A stretch of 64,000 nucleotides of DNA, from positions 2,992-66,991 of the forward strand of contig CAZOKO010000001.1 of NCBI GenBank assembly GCA_964580455.1. The letters run 5' to 3'. Made by a program: the position numbers and the translations under genes. The DNA comes from an uncultured Thermodesulfobacteriota bacterium. GTDB lineage: Bacteria; Desulfobacterota; WTBG01. Positions 30,652 to 41,906 of this stretch are shown here, one piece after another; the first letter of the stretch is position 1; every line of letters starts with the position of its first letter. The notes below the pieces were generated by a model. It was not told where the DNA came from. It made no database searches and saw nothing but the letters and a program-made list of their open reading frames with translations.

Positions 30652-31673
30652 TAAGACTCCTCTTCAGAAAAAGGTCCAAAATTATCAATCGCATACTGAT
30701 AAATCTCCAGATCTGGTTTACATATTGCTCTAACCCTTTCCCCAACTTCAGGTGTAACCGATCTCCGATACGAATCTGATATAGGGTTTTTCTTTTTGTG
30801 GGGAACTTTCAGTTTAAATCCAAAACGATCTTCAAATTTTCTCTGGAAATCTTCTAAATGCTCTGTAAACCCTATGATCTCAAATTTGTGCAGATTTGCC
30901 TTTGCTCTATATATCGCTGGTTGAGAAGCATAGTCCTCTCCCTTTCTAACACCGCCCAGATATGCCACATACTGATGTCCAAGATGCTTTGCTCTTTCTG
31001 ATTGTAGAAAGGTCATTATATCTTCATCTGTTCTTCCATAATCACGATGTACAAACCTGATGTAAAGGTAAGTTGAAAACCATCTTTCCACAGGATCCCG
31101 CAAGCAGGTAATAAACTTATACTTGCTGCCAAACTCACTATACGCTACTTTACTGAACGGGATGTGACCACTAATGAACTTTATTTTCTTGCCCATGAGG
31201 TACAAAAGCAAAAGCTCGCGATATTTTGGCACGTAGTAAGTCTCAGCCTCATCTGCAAAGTTATCTAATTCCTGATAAAAGGATTTTGCAGCTCTAAATG
31301 AAGGTGCTGAAGCAATGGTATAATTGGAAAAAGGAAACCATCTTTTAATTGCATCATCAATCGAAGTTCCCCCACACTTATGAATGTGTAAGAAGAAAAG
31401 GTCGGGGAAGTCATTATAGTATAGGTTCAGAGCTCTTTTCATGGGACTGTGTAAAAAAAGAACTCTATCTAAATTCCGATAACATATGCCCACCAAACGG
31501 GCACCCCATTTTACCATAGGCTTGACAATCCAATTCTGAATTTCTGTCATTTGGACACCCTTTCCATGATGACATTTATCATGTACGTAGAAGATAGCTG
31601 ATTTAAAAGATGGTATTAAGACACGTCCAGTCTCTGGTTTGTCGAAAGAACGCGTGCTATATACTTCTGCCAT
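30651..31673 (-). CDS. Sulfotransferase family protein
   Basis: FFLHIHKCGGTS (5-prime PSB loop) and LRDPVER..S; start uncertain. Confidence 0.8.
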   Translation of the reverse strand: MAEVYSTRSFDKPETGRVLIPSFKSAIFYVHDKCHHGKGVQMTEIQNWIVKPMVKWGARLVGICYRNLDRVLFLHSPMKRALNLYYNDFPDLFFLHIHKCGGTSIDDAIKRWFPFSNYTIASAPSFRAAKSFYQELDNFADEAETYYVPKYRELLLLYLMGKKIKFISGHIPFSKVAYSEFGSKYKFITCLRDPVERWFSTYLYIRFVHRDYGRTDEDIMTFLQSERAKHLGHQYVAYLGGVRKGEDYASQPAIYRAKANLHKFEIIGFTEHLEDFQRKFEDRFGFKLKVPHKKKNPISDSYRRSVTPEVGERVRAICKPDLEIYQYAIDNFGPFSEEES

Positions 31674-32675
31674 TCATGATACTTTGATATCGGTTAGGTT
31701 AGTAATGATTCTTTCTGCTAGGGCAATCTGCTCTTTAGAGGTTAGGTCACTCTGCCTGAAACTACGAATATGAAATCCGAAAGGAGCACCCTTCCATATA
31801 AATTCTTCCCAGCCATACATGGTCGCGTCTACATAGCCACGCTCACGAAATCCATTGCGTGTATAGTATTCTGGCCGCTTTGGAAGATAACTAAAGCGAT
31901 CAGGAAGCAATTTATTAAGGATCCTATTACTCGCTCGTTGAAAGACTTGTACAGAATCTTCAGAACTAGGTCTGTAAACTGGTTGGAGGCACTCAAAGCG
32001 AATCCTGGAAGACCAGTGATATCTACGGTAGATACGATATCCGGTATCTGGTTGCGTTCCGACTTGTATTCGGTGCTTCAGATCGTCAGCGAATCGGAAA
32101 CCCAAACGGACACTACAGCGCGTGAGTGCTAGAAGGAAGTATTGCAAGATTTGTGATTGCAGTCGGTGTTCCTCTTTGTCATTCTGTTCTCCGGGTCTGA
32201 AGTCCAATGTCCCTATGTTAATCCGCTCTAGATCGATAAAGAGGCAGTGTACACAAGGAAAGTAGCGGTATTTTCTGATCCATTGTGGATGCCAAGGAGC
32301 ACCAAAGAAGGCCAGGTCGTTCGCTTTCATATACCGAATGACATCATCAATCCATTTCTGCCGCACAATGTAGAAATCCGGATCAAGAAATACCAAGAAC
32401 CTAGTATCCACGAATTTGATAGCCTTGTTCAGAGCAGCGCCATGGTGGTAGCTAGCTGGCGCCCACTTGTTGGCGTCCTTCTCATAACCGTTTAGAACGT
32501 GGAAATGATCGGAACTGAGATTCAAAGCGTCCAGTGACCCAGGTGGCGTATTCTCAACGACCAACCACGCTATCTTGTGGGAATGATTTAAGAGCGTCGT
32601 TAACTCCCAGTTCAGCTCAAGATGCTTCTTGCTATGAAATGATACTGAACATATTGTCAGGCTAGATTCGTACAT
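31674..32675 (-). CDS. Hypothetical protein, possibly a GT-A fold glycosyltransferase
   Basis: VVEN, HHGAALN, FLDPDF (DxD). Confidence 0.55.
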   Translation of the reverse strand: MYESSLTICSVSFHSKKHLELNWELTTLLNHSHKIAWLVVENTPPGSLDALNLSSDHFHVLNGYEKDANKWAPASYHHGAALNKAIKFVDTRFLVFLDPDFYIVRQKWIDDVIRYMKANDLAFFGAPWHPQWIRKYRYFPCVHCLFIDLERINIGTLDFRPGEQNDKEEHRLQSQILQYFLLALTRCSVRLGFRFADDLKHRIQVGTQPDTGYRIYRRYHWSSRIRFECLQPVYRPSSEDSVQVFQRASNRILNKLLPDRFSYLPKRPEYYTRNGFRERGYVDATMYGWEEFIWKGAPFGFHIRSFRQSDLTSKEQIALAERIITNLTDIKVS

Positions 32676-32728
32676 AAATGGATTCCTTAGTAACCCATGA
32701 AAGCTAACTTCATAACATCCTATTCCAA

Positions 32729-33820
32729 CTACTCACTACGAATGCCAACAAGATGCCGATAACTATAGATAGACCGAGATGATTGGTTGCCGCGTAACAG
32801 CTTACGAACAAAGCTCCTTACGAATCGCCTGACTGAGACCCTGCCATGATCAGGCCCAGTATCTATAACTGTATATGGAACGTCCAACACTTTTACTCTC
32901 GTCAAATCATAGTATCGAGATAGGACAGAGCTCACTGTAGTAAGCTGCGAATTATATCGAGACCTCTCCCGGTTTAAACTGTAGAGGTTGGGACACTCTA
33001 ACTGATAAACCTTTCGCACATAATGATCGACCAACTCGGTGGTCATCTCTTGGAACGAAACCATGTTGATAGTCAAGTCAAGCTGCTCCACCCGGATGTC
33101 ATCCAGGAAGTAATGCGGCAAAAAGATAAAGTCATAGGATTTATAATCTTTCAGAAGGGTTGCCATTGGTCCATCACCGTATGTAAGTACGGAAGCGGAT
33201 GGGAATAACGTTCTTAGATAGACAGCAGAGAAAAGTAATGTCTGAGGTAAATCTATGATGATGTAAGTAATGTTCGGACACAATGTCTTGAACTGATAAG
33301 CAAATCCCCCCCACCCAGCGCCAATCTCCATGACGACCTTCTTCCCCTTCCCTGAGTTGGCGCGAAATTGCGCAAGCAGCCCTGCTTTGCTCAAGGCGAT
33401 CAAAGACTCGTAGTATTTTAACGTGTCAACGTTGAACAGAGCACCATCAATTAGGTGGCCAAATCCCCCAAGTAGTGGAGACTCAGACACCAGCAAATTG
33501 CTGTCATCTTGTTGTCGCAGTACCTGCAACTTTCTGGCAAATGCTTCTCGCTGATGTGTATGATGGCCCCGATAGTCGAAGACGCGCACTCCGGTTAGGT
33601 GATAGCAATGATGCCTCAGCTTTTCGATTATTAGGGGAGAAGCATCAAGCATGTACTCAAAGCCTGCCAGTTCCTCTTCCCAATAATTGCTGAGATTGTC
33701 GGTGTGAGCAGCGACATGGTTTATCATCTTAAATACGACTTCACGTACTTCAAGGTAAATGCGATACTCTCTACTTCGTCTGGCATTCTCTACAGAATCC
33801 ACTAAAGCACTATATCTCAT
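32729..33820 (-). CDS. Putative sugar O-methyltransferase
   Basis: MEIGAGWGG, IIDLP, NMVSFQEM. Confidence 0.75.
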   Translation of the reverse strand: MRYSALVDSVENARRSREYRIYLEVREVVFKMINHVAAHTDNLSNYWEEELAGFEYMLDASPLIIEKLRHHCYHLTGVRVFDYRGHHTHQREAFARKLQVLRQQDDSNLLVSESPLLGGFGHLIDGALFNVDTLKYYESLIALSKAGLLAQFRANSGKGKKVVMEIGAGWGGFAYQFKTLCPNITYIIIDLPQTLLFSAVYLRTLFPSASVLTYGDGPMATLLKDYKSYDFIFLPHYFLDDIRVEQLDLTINMVSFQEMTTELVDHYVRKVYQLECPNLYSLNRERSRYNSQLTTVSSVLSRYYDLTRVKVLDVPYTVIDTGPDHGRVSVRRFVRSFVRKLLRGNQSSRSIYSYRHLVGIRSE

Positions 33821-33846
33821 TAAGACCCTCCATCATCATTCTTGCG

Positions 33847-34569
33847 CTACTTCACACGACGCAGCCACCCGTATTGGTGAAACGAAAATAGATTTCGCCG
33901 CCATAGCTTGTCATCTCGAACAAAGTTGCTGTTGTTTCTTAAGAACTCGTTTACTGCTTCAAGTGGACCAGGTCCGAAATCAGGGACAACAGGGTGTCCG
34001 TTAATATTCGTGTCCTCCACAACAAGGTAACAACCCACATCAACAAATCGGCTATATATTTCAAGTTCTCTTAAGACGTGTTCATAACTGTGATCCGAGT
34101 CCAATGACACCAGCCCATTTTGTGTGGTGAGAAGGTCTTCTACAGACTCAACCGTTTTGGCATCAACCGAGTCTCCCTCTATTAGGTGGATTCTTGAATG
34201 GCTGAGACTTCTAGCTTCAGCGGTAGTTTCAATATCTATACCTATCACTATTGCGTCTGCATCAGCACCGATCAAGTCCAAGATGTGCGCAAAGTATAGG
34301 ATTGAACCTCCATACGCTACACCTGTCTGCAAGATAAAGGCTGGCCTCTCATGATGTATGAGTTCTTGATAGAGCAAGAGGTCAAATGGCAGCTGTCTTA
34401 TTGGGTATCCGAGATATTTGTTCTTCCTCCAGCCCCTGGTATTATAGTATAGGCGATGGAATCTATCTATGACTATTCTATCGATTAGTCGAAATATATT
34501 GGAACTCAGACGAGACAACCTCATGTCTGCCAACCGTGGTTTTGTTTTCATATTTAGAATATACCTCAC
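33847..34569 (-). CDS. CmcI/rhamnosyl O-methyltransferase family protein
   Basis: [36 protein letters not shown]. Confidence 0.85.
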   Translation of the reverse strand: MRYILNMKTKPRLADMRLSRLSSNIFRLIDRIVIDRFHRLYYNTRGWRKNKYLGYPIRQLPFDLLLYQELIHHERPAFILQTGVAYGGSILYFAHILDLIGADADAIVIGIDIETTAEARSLSHSRIHLIEGDSVDAKTVESVEDLLTTQNGLVSLDSDHSYEHVLRELEIYSRFVDVGCYLVVEDTNINGHPVVPDFGPGPLEAVNEFLRNNSNFVRDDKLWRRNLFSFHQYGWLRRVK

Positions 34570-34668
34570 TCACTCCTATCCTAGAGCAATAGTATTCCCT
34601 GGCAAGAACGGGCGCACTATACTCCAGAGCAGTCAGTCTCCTCCTTGGTCAGGATTTGGTGGCTCGGC

Positions 34669-35307
34669 TCAGGTAATTGACATGGATTTCTTAACAAGTA
34701 TAGCATTTAACAATGTTGGAAATAGAGCACAGGAATACTTACTACTCACAAGACCAAACCTCCGCATAATGCGCATAATCACAGTTGGGGCAAATATTTC
34801 CTGACGAGCGAGGTTGGCAGTGAGAGGTAACCTTTCCCCTCTGATTTTTGTGTAATAAAAGGACCTATCCTCTACTAGCTCACATTCAGGGAATAGAACT
34901 GATAAGGAAGCTGGGGTAAATCTCCAATAATCATCGGGAAATGTATGAATTTCCCAGACAAAAGGAACACTTATGAATATCACTCCTCTCTCGGCAAGGA
35001 ATCTACTAATATTCTCTGCCATCTTAAGTGGATACTTGCAATGCTCTAGGACACTAAAACAAATTACAGTCTTAAACTTTTCAATCCCCATTTTGTTTTT
35101 TATCAATTCATAATCCGAAGTAAAATCACAAACAACATCAACGCCTTTACCCGGTTCCTGATCAACCCCTATGTAGGTTTCGGTCTTAAATAATTGTCTG
35201 AAGTCATTTGCATTTCCGTACTGTTTGCTTCCTACCTCCAAAATATGCCCTTCAACCATATGACGATTCTCAATTACGAAATCTAGTTGGTTTTGGTGTC
35301 CCGACAT
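34669..35307 (-). CDS. Class I SAM methyltransferase
   Basis: ILEVGS, GVDVVCD, SVLEH, H.FPDDYWRFT; ATG overlaps the wzt stop. Confidence 0.82.
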   Translation of the reverse strand: MSGHQNQLDFVIENRHMVEGHILEVGSKQYGNANDFRQLFKTETYIGVDQEPGKGVDVVCDFTSDYELIKNKMGIEKFKTVICFSVLEHCKYPLKMAENISRFLAERGVIFISVPFVWEIHTFPDDYWRFTPASLSVLFPECELVEDRSFYYTKIRGERLPLTANLARQEIFAPTVIMRIMRRFGLVSSKYSCALFPTLLNAILVKKSMSIT

Positions 35308-36611
35308 TAGCTTAGCTCCTGTCTTTTGGTAATCCATTGTAAGAGCGGGCGAACCACTCCGGGCATCTCTCCCCCCCAATCGCCACGCGCGGAATTGCCA
35401 CTAGCATTATCCACTATCTGAAAGGCTATAACGTCTTGCTCACGTACATGCTTGACAGTCGGACTTATCGTGCTGATCCCAGCGAAAACAAACACGGTCC
35501 CTTCCGCCATGAGATTGGCGGGTATCCAGGCCATAGTGGTATAACATCCTGTGGGTCGAGGCTGTTGACGCCATTCAGGGTCTGTGTCTATGGCAGTGAA
35601 GATTACCATACCATACTGGTTGGTGAGACGAAAAACCGGTGTGAGTACGACATCAGGCTTGAGCACATTGTACCGCATTACGAGTGCAAAAGGTCGGCAA
35701 ATATCAATCGCTTCACTTACCTTTCCATCTTCGTTCTGGACGTACACAGCTCGTAATCGAACTATATCGTCACCCGGTGCATTGTTGAGTTTACGCCATT
35801 CTCGCTTTGCCACAGTACCTAGATCAGACTGAAGATAGGTAGCTACAACCTGTTGAGAAGGCCCATCTTGTATAACCTGACCCTCATTCAACAATATCGT
35901 GCGTTGACACAGTCGAGTAATAGACGGCATACTGTGAGAGACAAACAACACCGTCCGTCCGCCTACTCCGATCTCACCCATCTTCTCCAAGCATTTCTTC
36001 TGAAAGCGGATATCCCCCACTGCCAGCACTTCATCCACTAGCAATATCTCCGGCTCCAAGTGGGCTGCCACAGCAAAGGCTAGGCGCACATACATACCGC
36101 TGGAATAGTACTTCACTGGTGTGTCTACGAACTTCTCGAGCTCAGCAAAGGCCACGATCTCGTCGAACTTGCGGTCGATCTCGTCCCGTTTCATCCCCAG
36201 GATGGCGCCGCTGAGATAGACATTCTCCCGCCCGGTCAGCTCGGGGTGGAAGCCAGTGCCCACCTCCAGCAAGCTGCCCACCCTCCCGTGGATCTCAGCA
36301 CGGCCTTCGGTCGGCTCGGTGATGCGGGAGAGGATCTTGAGCAGCGTGGTCTTGCCCATCCCGTTGCGTCCAATGATGCCTACAACTTCGCCATGTTTAA
36401 CCTCGAATGAGACGTCCTTAAGTGCCCAGATGAAGTTAGTTGATGGCTGATGGCTCGTGGCTGATGGCCGATGGTCGGTTCTTCTAGCCCGACGGCGGAA
36501 AGGTGAAGAGAAGGCATTCGCTATGCTCTCCCGAAGAGTCTTATAGCCTACAAACTGACCTACACGATAAAGCTTACCTAAGTTTTCTGCTTTGATGGCG
36601 ATGTTGCTCAT
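35307..36611 (-). CDS. wzt: Polysaccharide ABC exporter ATPase with C-terminal Wzt_C domain
   Basis: GRNGMGKT, YSSGM, LVDEVLAVGD, VSH, C-terminal extension. Confidence 0.93.
   Translation of the reverse strand: MSNIAIKAENLGKLYRVGQFVGYKTLRESIANAFSSPFRRRARRTDHRPSATSHQPSTNFIWALKDVSFEVKHGEVVGIIGRNGMGKTTLLKILSRITEPTEGRAEIHGRVGSLLEVGTGFHPELTGRENVYLSGAILGMKRDEIDRKFDEIVAFAELEKFVDTPVKYYSSGMYVRLAFAVAAHLEPEILLVDEVLAVGDIRFQKKCLEKMGEIGVGGRTVLFVSHSMPSITRLCQRTILLNEGQVIQDGPSQQVVATYLQSDLGTVAKREWRKLNNAPGDDIVRLRAVYVQNEDGKVSEAIDICRPFALVMRYNVLKPDVVLTPVFRLTNQYGMVIFTAIDTDPEWRQQPRPTGCYTTMAWIPANLMAEGTVFVFAGISTISPTVKHVREQDVIAFQIVDNASGNSARGDWGGEMPGVVRPLLQWITKRQELS
36441..36475. repeat. Five tandem TGATGGC-type heptads inside the wzt coding sequence
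   Basis: TGATGGC TGATGGC TCGTGGC TGATGGC CGATGGT. Confidence 0.8.
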
Positions 36612-37045
36612 GGATTATCCTTGATAGGAGACCGATGACCGTGGACGGGAACACCTAAAGCTTTCCGAAAAGCTTGCAATTTAACAAAAATCTCGTGCCC
36701 AAATTCCCTTATTTCCATAAGTAAATCACTGGATAAATAGTCTCGTCGTTCTATGATATCCAAACATGCTATTGTCTCCAAATAGGATCTCAAAGCCAAT
36801 CCAAGAAAACGGTTCTGCTCTGCATTGGTTTGTCCAGTTGAACCCTCTGCAATATTCAGCACGACAGAAGTTGCTGCTCGCTCTAATTGGTTCCGTAGAT
36901 TGAATCGCTCTGAGACAGGTAGCTTGCTTGAACACCCATATATTTTGTCAACATAATCCAAAGCCAAACGGTAAACATCCAGACGCTGAAACTTGTATTT
37001 CATATATCCTCCGTTTCCAGTCTCTTGTCTCCTGTCTGCTTTCAT
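36608..37045 (-). CDS. Four-helix-bundle protein (23S rRNA IVP/bAvd-like)
   Basis: FQRLDVY, LP.SERFNL..QL.RAA.SV.LNIAEG, ALRS..E; core start ATG 37003 with GGAGG, plus coupled ATG 37045. Confidence 0.9.
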   Translation of the reverse strand: MKADRRQETGNGGYMKYKFQRLDVYRLALDYVDKIYGCSSKLPVSERFNLRNQLERAATSVVLNIAEGSTGQTNAEQNRFLGLALRSYLETIACLDIIERRDYLSSDLLMEIREFGHEIFVKLQAFRKALGVPVHGHRSPIKDNP

Positions 37046-37899
37046 ATCACATCAGCAAAGGTTCTTTCACTACGTCGGAAATAAAACGCCCCTGAAATCA
37101 ATACCACTATTACAATTATAACAGAGATGGCCATCAAAGAGCCAGGCGGCGCTTTACCTAAAAGAGCCCAGCGGAAACCCTCAATTACTCCAGCCATGGG
37201 ATTAAATCCATATATTATTTGAAATTTCTCTGGCAGGAGGCTCGATGAATAAACCACTGGCGATGCAAAAAGCCATAGTTGAATTACAAATGGTATTACA
37301 TAGCGCACATCGCGATATCTTACATTTATTGCCGAGAGCCATAGGCCCACTCCTAAAGCAGTCATCAACGTTAGAAGGATAAATGCTGGCAACCAGAGTA
37401 TTTGGATAGTGGGAGGATAACCATAATAAAACATCATACCGATCAAAATAGTAAAGGCGATAGCAAAGTCAACCAGAGGGGAGAGGATACCAGAAAGGGG
37501 CATAACCAGCCTGGGGAAATATACTTTCCGAACGAGATTAGCATCCTGAACAAGGATGTTGCTTGAACGTGTTATGCCTTCAGCAAATAAGGTCCAGGGA
37601 AGCAATGCAGCATAATTAAACAGTGGATATGGGACCCCCTCTGAAGGAACTTTCGCCAGGTTGCCGAAGAATAGAGTAAATACTACCATCATAAAAAAGG
37701 GCTGGATAATTGCCCAAGCAGCACCCAGGAGTGTTTGCTTATAGCGTACTTTAATCTCCCGCCAGGTGAGAAAATACATCAGTTCGCGATAGATCCATAA
37801 ATCCCTTAAGTTTATTGGTATCCAACCCCTTGTGGGACGAATAACCACCATAGGCAATGAATTTATATTTGATTCACGCTTAAAGATATTCGCTTTCAT
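37042..37899 (-). CDS. wzm: Polysaccharide ABC exporter permease
   Basis: REIKVRYKQTLLG.AWAII.P, KVYFPR, RYRDV, NPMAG. Confidence 0.93.
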   Translation of the reverse strand: MKANIFKRESNINSLPMVVIRPTRGWIPINLRDLWIYRELMYFLTWREIKVRYKQTLLGAAWAIIQPFFMMVVFTLFFGNLAKVPSEGVPYPLFNYAALLPWTLFAEGITRSSNILVQDANLVRKVYFPRLVMPLSGILSPLVDFAIAFTILIGMMFYYGYPPTIQILWLPAFILLTLMTALGVGLWLSAINVRYRDVRYVIPFVIQLWLFASPVVYSSSLLPEKFQIIYGFNPMAGVIEGFRWALLGKAPPGSLMAISVIIVIVVLISGAFYFRRSERTFADVI

Positions 37900-37966
37900 T
37901 CCTCAGTTACCACTTTTCATATTATTCTAACAAACTTCACTTATCAGGCGTAATATACCATTAAGC

Positions 37967-38908
<942 letters not shown>

Positions 38909-39027
38909 TTATCTCACTAAGCAATCAAGTACTGTTCAAAACTTCAATACAGAGCACGGGGAATTTAAAAAAATATTCAATTAACTGTAGAGTTAAACTT
39001 TTTTCATGCAGTTTCGAATACTTTAGT

Positions 39028-40158
39028 TCATCTCTCAATCAACCTGTTCTCTGCCCAGCGAATGCCATGTTTCTGCAATATCTTTTTCCCATCACCTTTA
39101 GGGGTGAGACCGGTAGATTCCACATCTGCATCTATCATTATCTTTACCAAGTCCTCAAACATCACTTTAGGTTCCCAATCCAATCTTTTTCTGGCTTTAG
39201 AAGTATCGGCAAGAAGATACCCTACCTCGGTAGGCCTAAAGTAGCGAGGGTCAATTTCGACAACAACATCTCCATGTTTAATATTTAACACACCCCTTTC
39301 TACTTCTTTGACAATTCCTTTTTCACCAAGACCGCTTACCTGCCATGCTATCTCAATACCTGCGTAACTAAAAGCAAGCTCCACAAACTCCTTTACTGAG
39401 TGACTTTCACCCGTACCAATTACATAATCATCAGGCTCATCCTGTTGCAAGATAAGTCTCATACATTCAACATACTCTGGAGCAAATCCCCAGTCTCTTT
39501 TGGCCTCTAAGTTACCCAGATAGAGTTTCTTTTGCTTTCCTGCAAGAATATTAGCTATAGCTCTGGTAATTTTTCTGGTAACGAAAGTTTCTCCCCTCCT
39601 TGGGCTTTCATGGTTGAACAGTATCCCATTGCAGGCAAACATTTTATATCCTTCTCTGTAATTTACTACCATCCAATAGGCATAGAGCTTTGCACAAGCA
39701 TAAGGACTTCTCGGTTTAAAAGAGGTATCTTCATTCTGGGGAGGAGACGAGGTACCAAATATCTCCGAAGAGGAGGCTTGATAAAATTTCGTCTTGGTAC
39801 CACTCCTCCTTAAGGCCTCAAGTAATCTTATGGTTCCAAGAGCTGAAATATCTCCTGTATACTCTGGCATGTCAAAACTTACTCGAACATGGCTTTGCGC
39901 ACCCAAATGATATATTTCATCTGGCTCAATGTTATAAATAATATTAGTAATCTGTTCGGCATTTGATAAGTCCCCATAATGGAGAAAGAGTCTTGCATTC
40001 GGCGTGTGAGGATCAACATAAATATGTTCAATTCTCTCAGTGTTAAATGTGCTTGCCCTCCTTATAATTCCATGGACTTCATACCCTTTTGATAAAAGAA
40101 GTTCAGCAAGATATGAACCATCTTGACCAGTAATACCGGTAATGAGAGCCTTTTTCAT
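39028..40158 (-). CDS. gmd: GDP-mannose 4,6-dehydratase
   Basis: [35 protein letters not shown]. Confidence 0.96.
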   Translation of the reverse strand: MKKALITGITGQDGSYLAELLLSKGYEVHGIIRRASTFNTERIEHIYVDPHTPNARLFLHYGDLSNAEQITNIIYNIEPDEIYHLGAQSHVRVSFDMPEYTGDISALGTIRLLEALRRSGTKTKFYQASSSEIFGTSSPPQNEDTSFKPRSPYACAKLYAYWMVVNYREGYKMFACNGILFNHESPRRGETFVTRKITRAIANILAGKQKKLYLGNLEAKRDWGFAPEYVECMRLILQQDEPDDYVIGTGESHSVKEFVELAFSYAGIEIAWQVSGLGEKGIVKEVERGVLNIKHGDVVVEIDPRYFRPTEVGYLLADTSKARKRLDWEPKVMFEDLVKIMIDADVESTGLTPKGDGKKILQKHGIRWAENRLIER

Positions 40159-40192
40159 TCTTACCCTCCGTATTAACTATTGTAATCCATAG

Positions 40193-40234
40193 TGTTCATT
40201 TTTTGAACAATACCATCAAAAAAATTTATGTCAA
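40193..40234 (-). promoter_or_regulatory. gmd promoter with overlapping TGTTCA-N5-TGAACA palindrome
   Basis: Minus-strand TTGACA (40234-40229), N16, TATTGT; palindrome at 40193-40209. Confidence 0.75.
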
Positions 40235-40260
40235 GTTCATTTTCATCTATTTTTAACCAC

Positions 40261-40590
40261 GAAGCTCACGAAGGTTTACAAAGTGTTGAAATGTTACTTA
40301 GCCACAGATTTCACAGATTTTCACAAGAAGGTATTTACAAAAACGCAAACTCACCTATGGCTTCAGCAACTGAAAAAGTTCTGTTTTTCAAATAGCTAAT
40401 TCTTTATATCTAAAATCTTAATAATCTGCGTTTATCTGCGTCCGAGAAATAAATTTCTCATAGTATAAATCCAGTGTTCAATTATTGAACATTGTAAACT
40501 AATATCGGAATATGTCAAGATTTTCTTTAATATTTTGTAGTTATTCACCACAGGGAACACGGAGATGCACGAATCTGCAACCACGAAGTT
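40261..40590. repeat. ~330-bp direct repeat, copy A
   Basis: Colinear and highly similar by eye to 43302-43609. Confidence 0.92.
40475..40518 (-). promoter_or_regulatory. Promoter and palindrome inside repeat A
   Basis: TTGACA-N16-TACAAT; TGTTCA-ATTAT-TGAACA at 40475-40491. Confidence 0.75.
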
Positions 40591-40649
40591 TACAAAGTGT
40601 TGAAACAAAATGACAAAACATGTAGATTATAAAGGCTCACATCTCAATC

Positions 40650-41066
40650 TTATACAAGAATCTTTTGAACGGCATCAATTATCTTTTTTGCATATTTGAT
40701 ACAGGTATTAGCATCTTCTTCACTATAAGCTTCATCTGGGGTAATATCCGGCAGGCCGTTTGGATACCTTGTAGGAATGTAGAATCGATCAAGAATAGTT
40801 GCTTCCCTTTTGAGGCTGAGTAGCGAGTTATAAACTTTTAAGTCAATATTTTCCAAATCATCAATCAATTTTTTTATCGAATGGCCCCAGGGATCAGCAT
40901 CAACAAAATACCAAACTGATTTCAAAGCCTTCTCTCCTGCTTGCTGGGCATGAAAGCACGAGTGTGCAAACTTCCCATTCTTTTCCAAAATTACAGCCGT
41001 ATCCAAATCATCTGAAGCTGTTTTCAACCAGCGCTGAGCCTCATTCTTATTTTTATCAATGCTCAT
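40650..41066 (-). CDS. HEPN domain protein (TA pair 1)
   Basis: RWL..A..DL..A, CFHAQQAGEKALK, GHSI, LDRFYIPTRYP. Confidence 0.9.
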   Translation of the reverse strand: MSIDKNKNEAQRWLKTASDDLDTAVILEKNGKFAHSCFHAQQAGEKALKSVWYFVDADPWGHSIKKLIDDLENIDLKVYNSLLSLKREATILDRFYIPTRYPNGLPDITPDEAYSEEDANTCIKYAKKIIDAVQKILV

Positions 41067-41376
41067 AAATAATTTTCCCTTTATACAAAATATCCTTAAT
41101 AAAATGCCGGTGTGAAATTTTTTCCAGCTCTTCAGGCGTATAGATTAGTATGTCAACAGCATATCCCTTGAAAGTGCTGTAAATTTCATCAAACTGATCG
41201 TACCGCTCAAAGAACCGTTTATTCGTATCCATAATAATCATCAAATCCAAATCACTTTTCCTTGTTTCTTTGCCGATGGCATAAGATCCAAATAGAAAGG
41301 CTTTTTTAACCTTACATTTTTGAAATATTGGAGTAAGTAATTCTTTGATTTTTGTAATACTATTATTTTTTTTCAC
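41056..41376 (-). CDS. Minimal nucleotidyltransferase (TA pair 1)
   Basis: FLFGS-YAIGKETRKS-DLD. Confidence 0.9.
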   Translation of the reverse strand: MKKNNSITKIKELLTPIFQKCKVKKAFLFGSYAIGKETRKSDLDLMIIMDTNKRFFERYDQFDEIYSTFKGYAVDILIYTPEELEKISHRHFIKDILYKGKIIYEH

Positions 41377-41448
41377 TACATTTTCATCTCATTATTCAAT
41401 TGGATATTTAAAGCTTTTATTACTTCTGGAAATAATACCTAATATGAT

Positions 41449-41500
41449 AACCACGAAACACACGAAGAGTAGCCACAGATTACACAGATTTTCACAGAAT
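41449..41500. repeat. Inter-cassette 9-bp-period repeat
   Basis: AACCACGAAACACACGAAG..TAGCCACAGATTACACAGATTTTCACAG. Confidence 0.85.
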
Positions 41501-41501
41501 T

Positions 41502-41906
41502 TCACCTTTTCTCTGTCTTCCTTTTTATAATACTCTCTATAGTCTCAACAAATTTTAGGGCTTCATCATGCCAATTACTGACCTCATTCAAGTCAAAACG
41601 GAATAAGTCGGCATAATCACCCTTTTGTCTATTGTCAAATAATTTGTCATACATTTGAGCTAATTCTGGATTTACTAAACCAGTTTTAACAAAGTTTTGG
41701 TGAAAGAGAGAACGAACACCACTATGTTTAGCAGAAGATAGTCCATCCAAAAGTAACAAAGCAGAAACAGCGTAAAAACAGGCATAATAAAGACGATTAA
41801 CAAAGGTATTAGTATAACCCTGTTCGATGAGAATTTTAGCTTCCTCAAGAGATTCACGACTTCGCTCAAGCCGATAATTTACTAAGATAAGGGTTTCTTC
41901 GTTCAT
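41502..41906 (-). CDS. HEPN domain protein (TA pair 2)
   Basis: NRLYYACFYA, KHSGV, RQKGDY; ATG 41906 overlaps the MNT stop. Confidence 0.9.
   Translation of the reverse strand: MNEETLILVNYRLERSRESLEEAKILIEQGYTNTFVNRLYYACFYAVSALLLLDGLSSAKHSGVRSLFHQNFVKTGLVNPELAQMYDKLFDNRQKGDYADLFRFDLNEVSNWHDEALKFVETIESIIKRKTEKR

Noticed and set aside
36608-37045. Diversity-generating retroelement (Avd-like gene)
   Set aside because: No reverse transcriptase and no TR/VR pair with adenine-specific mismatches seen in the window.
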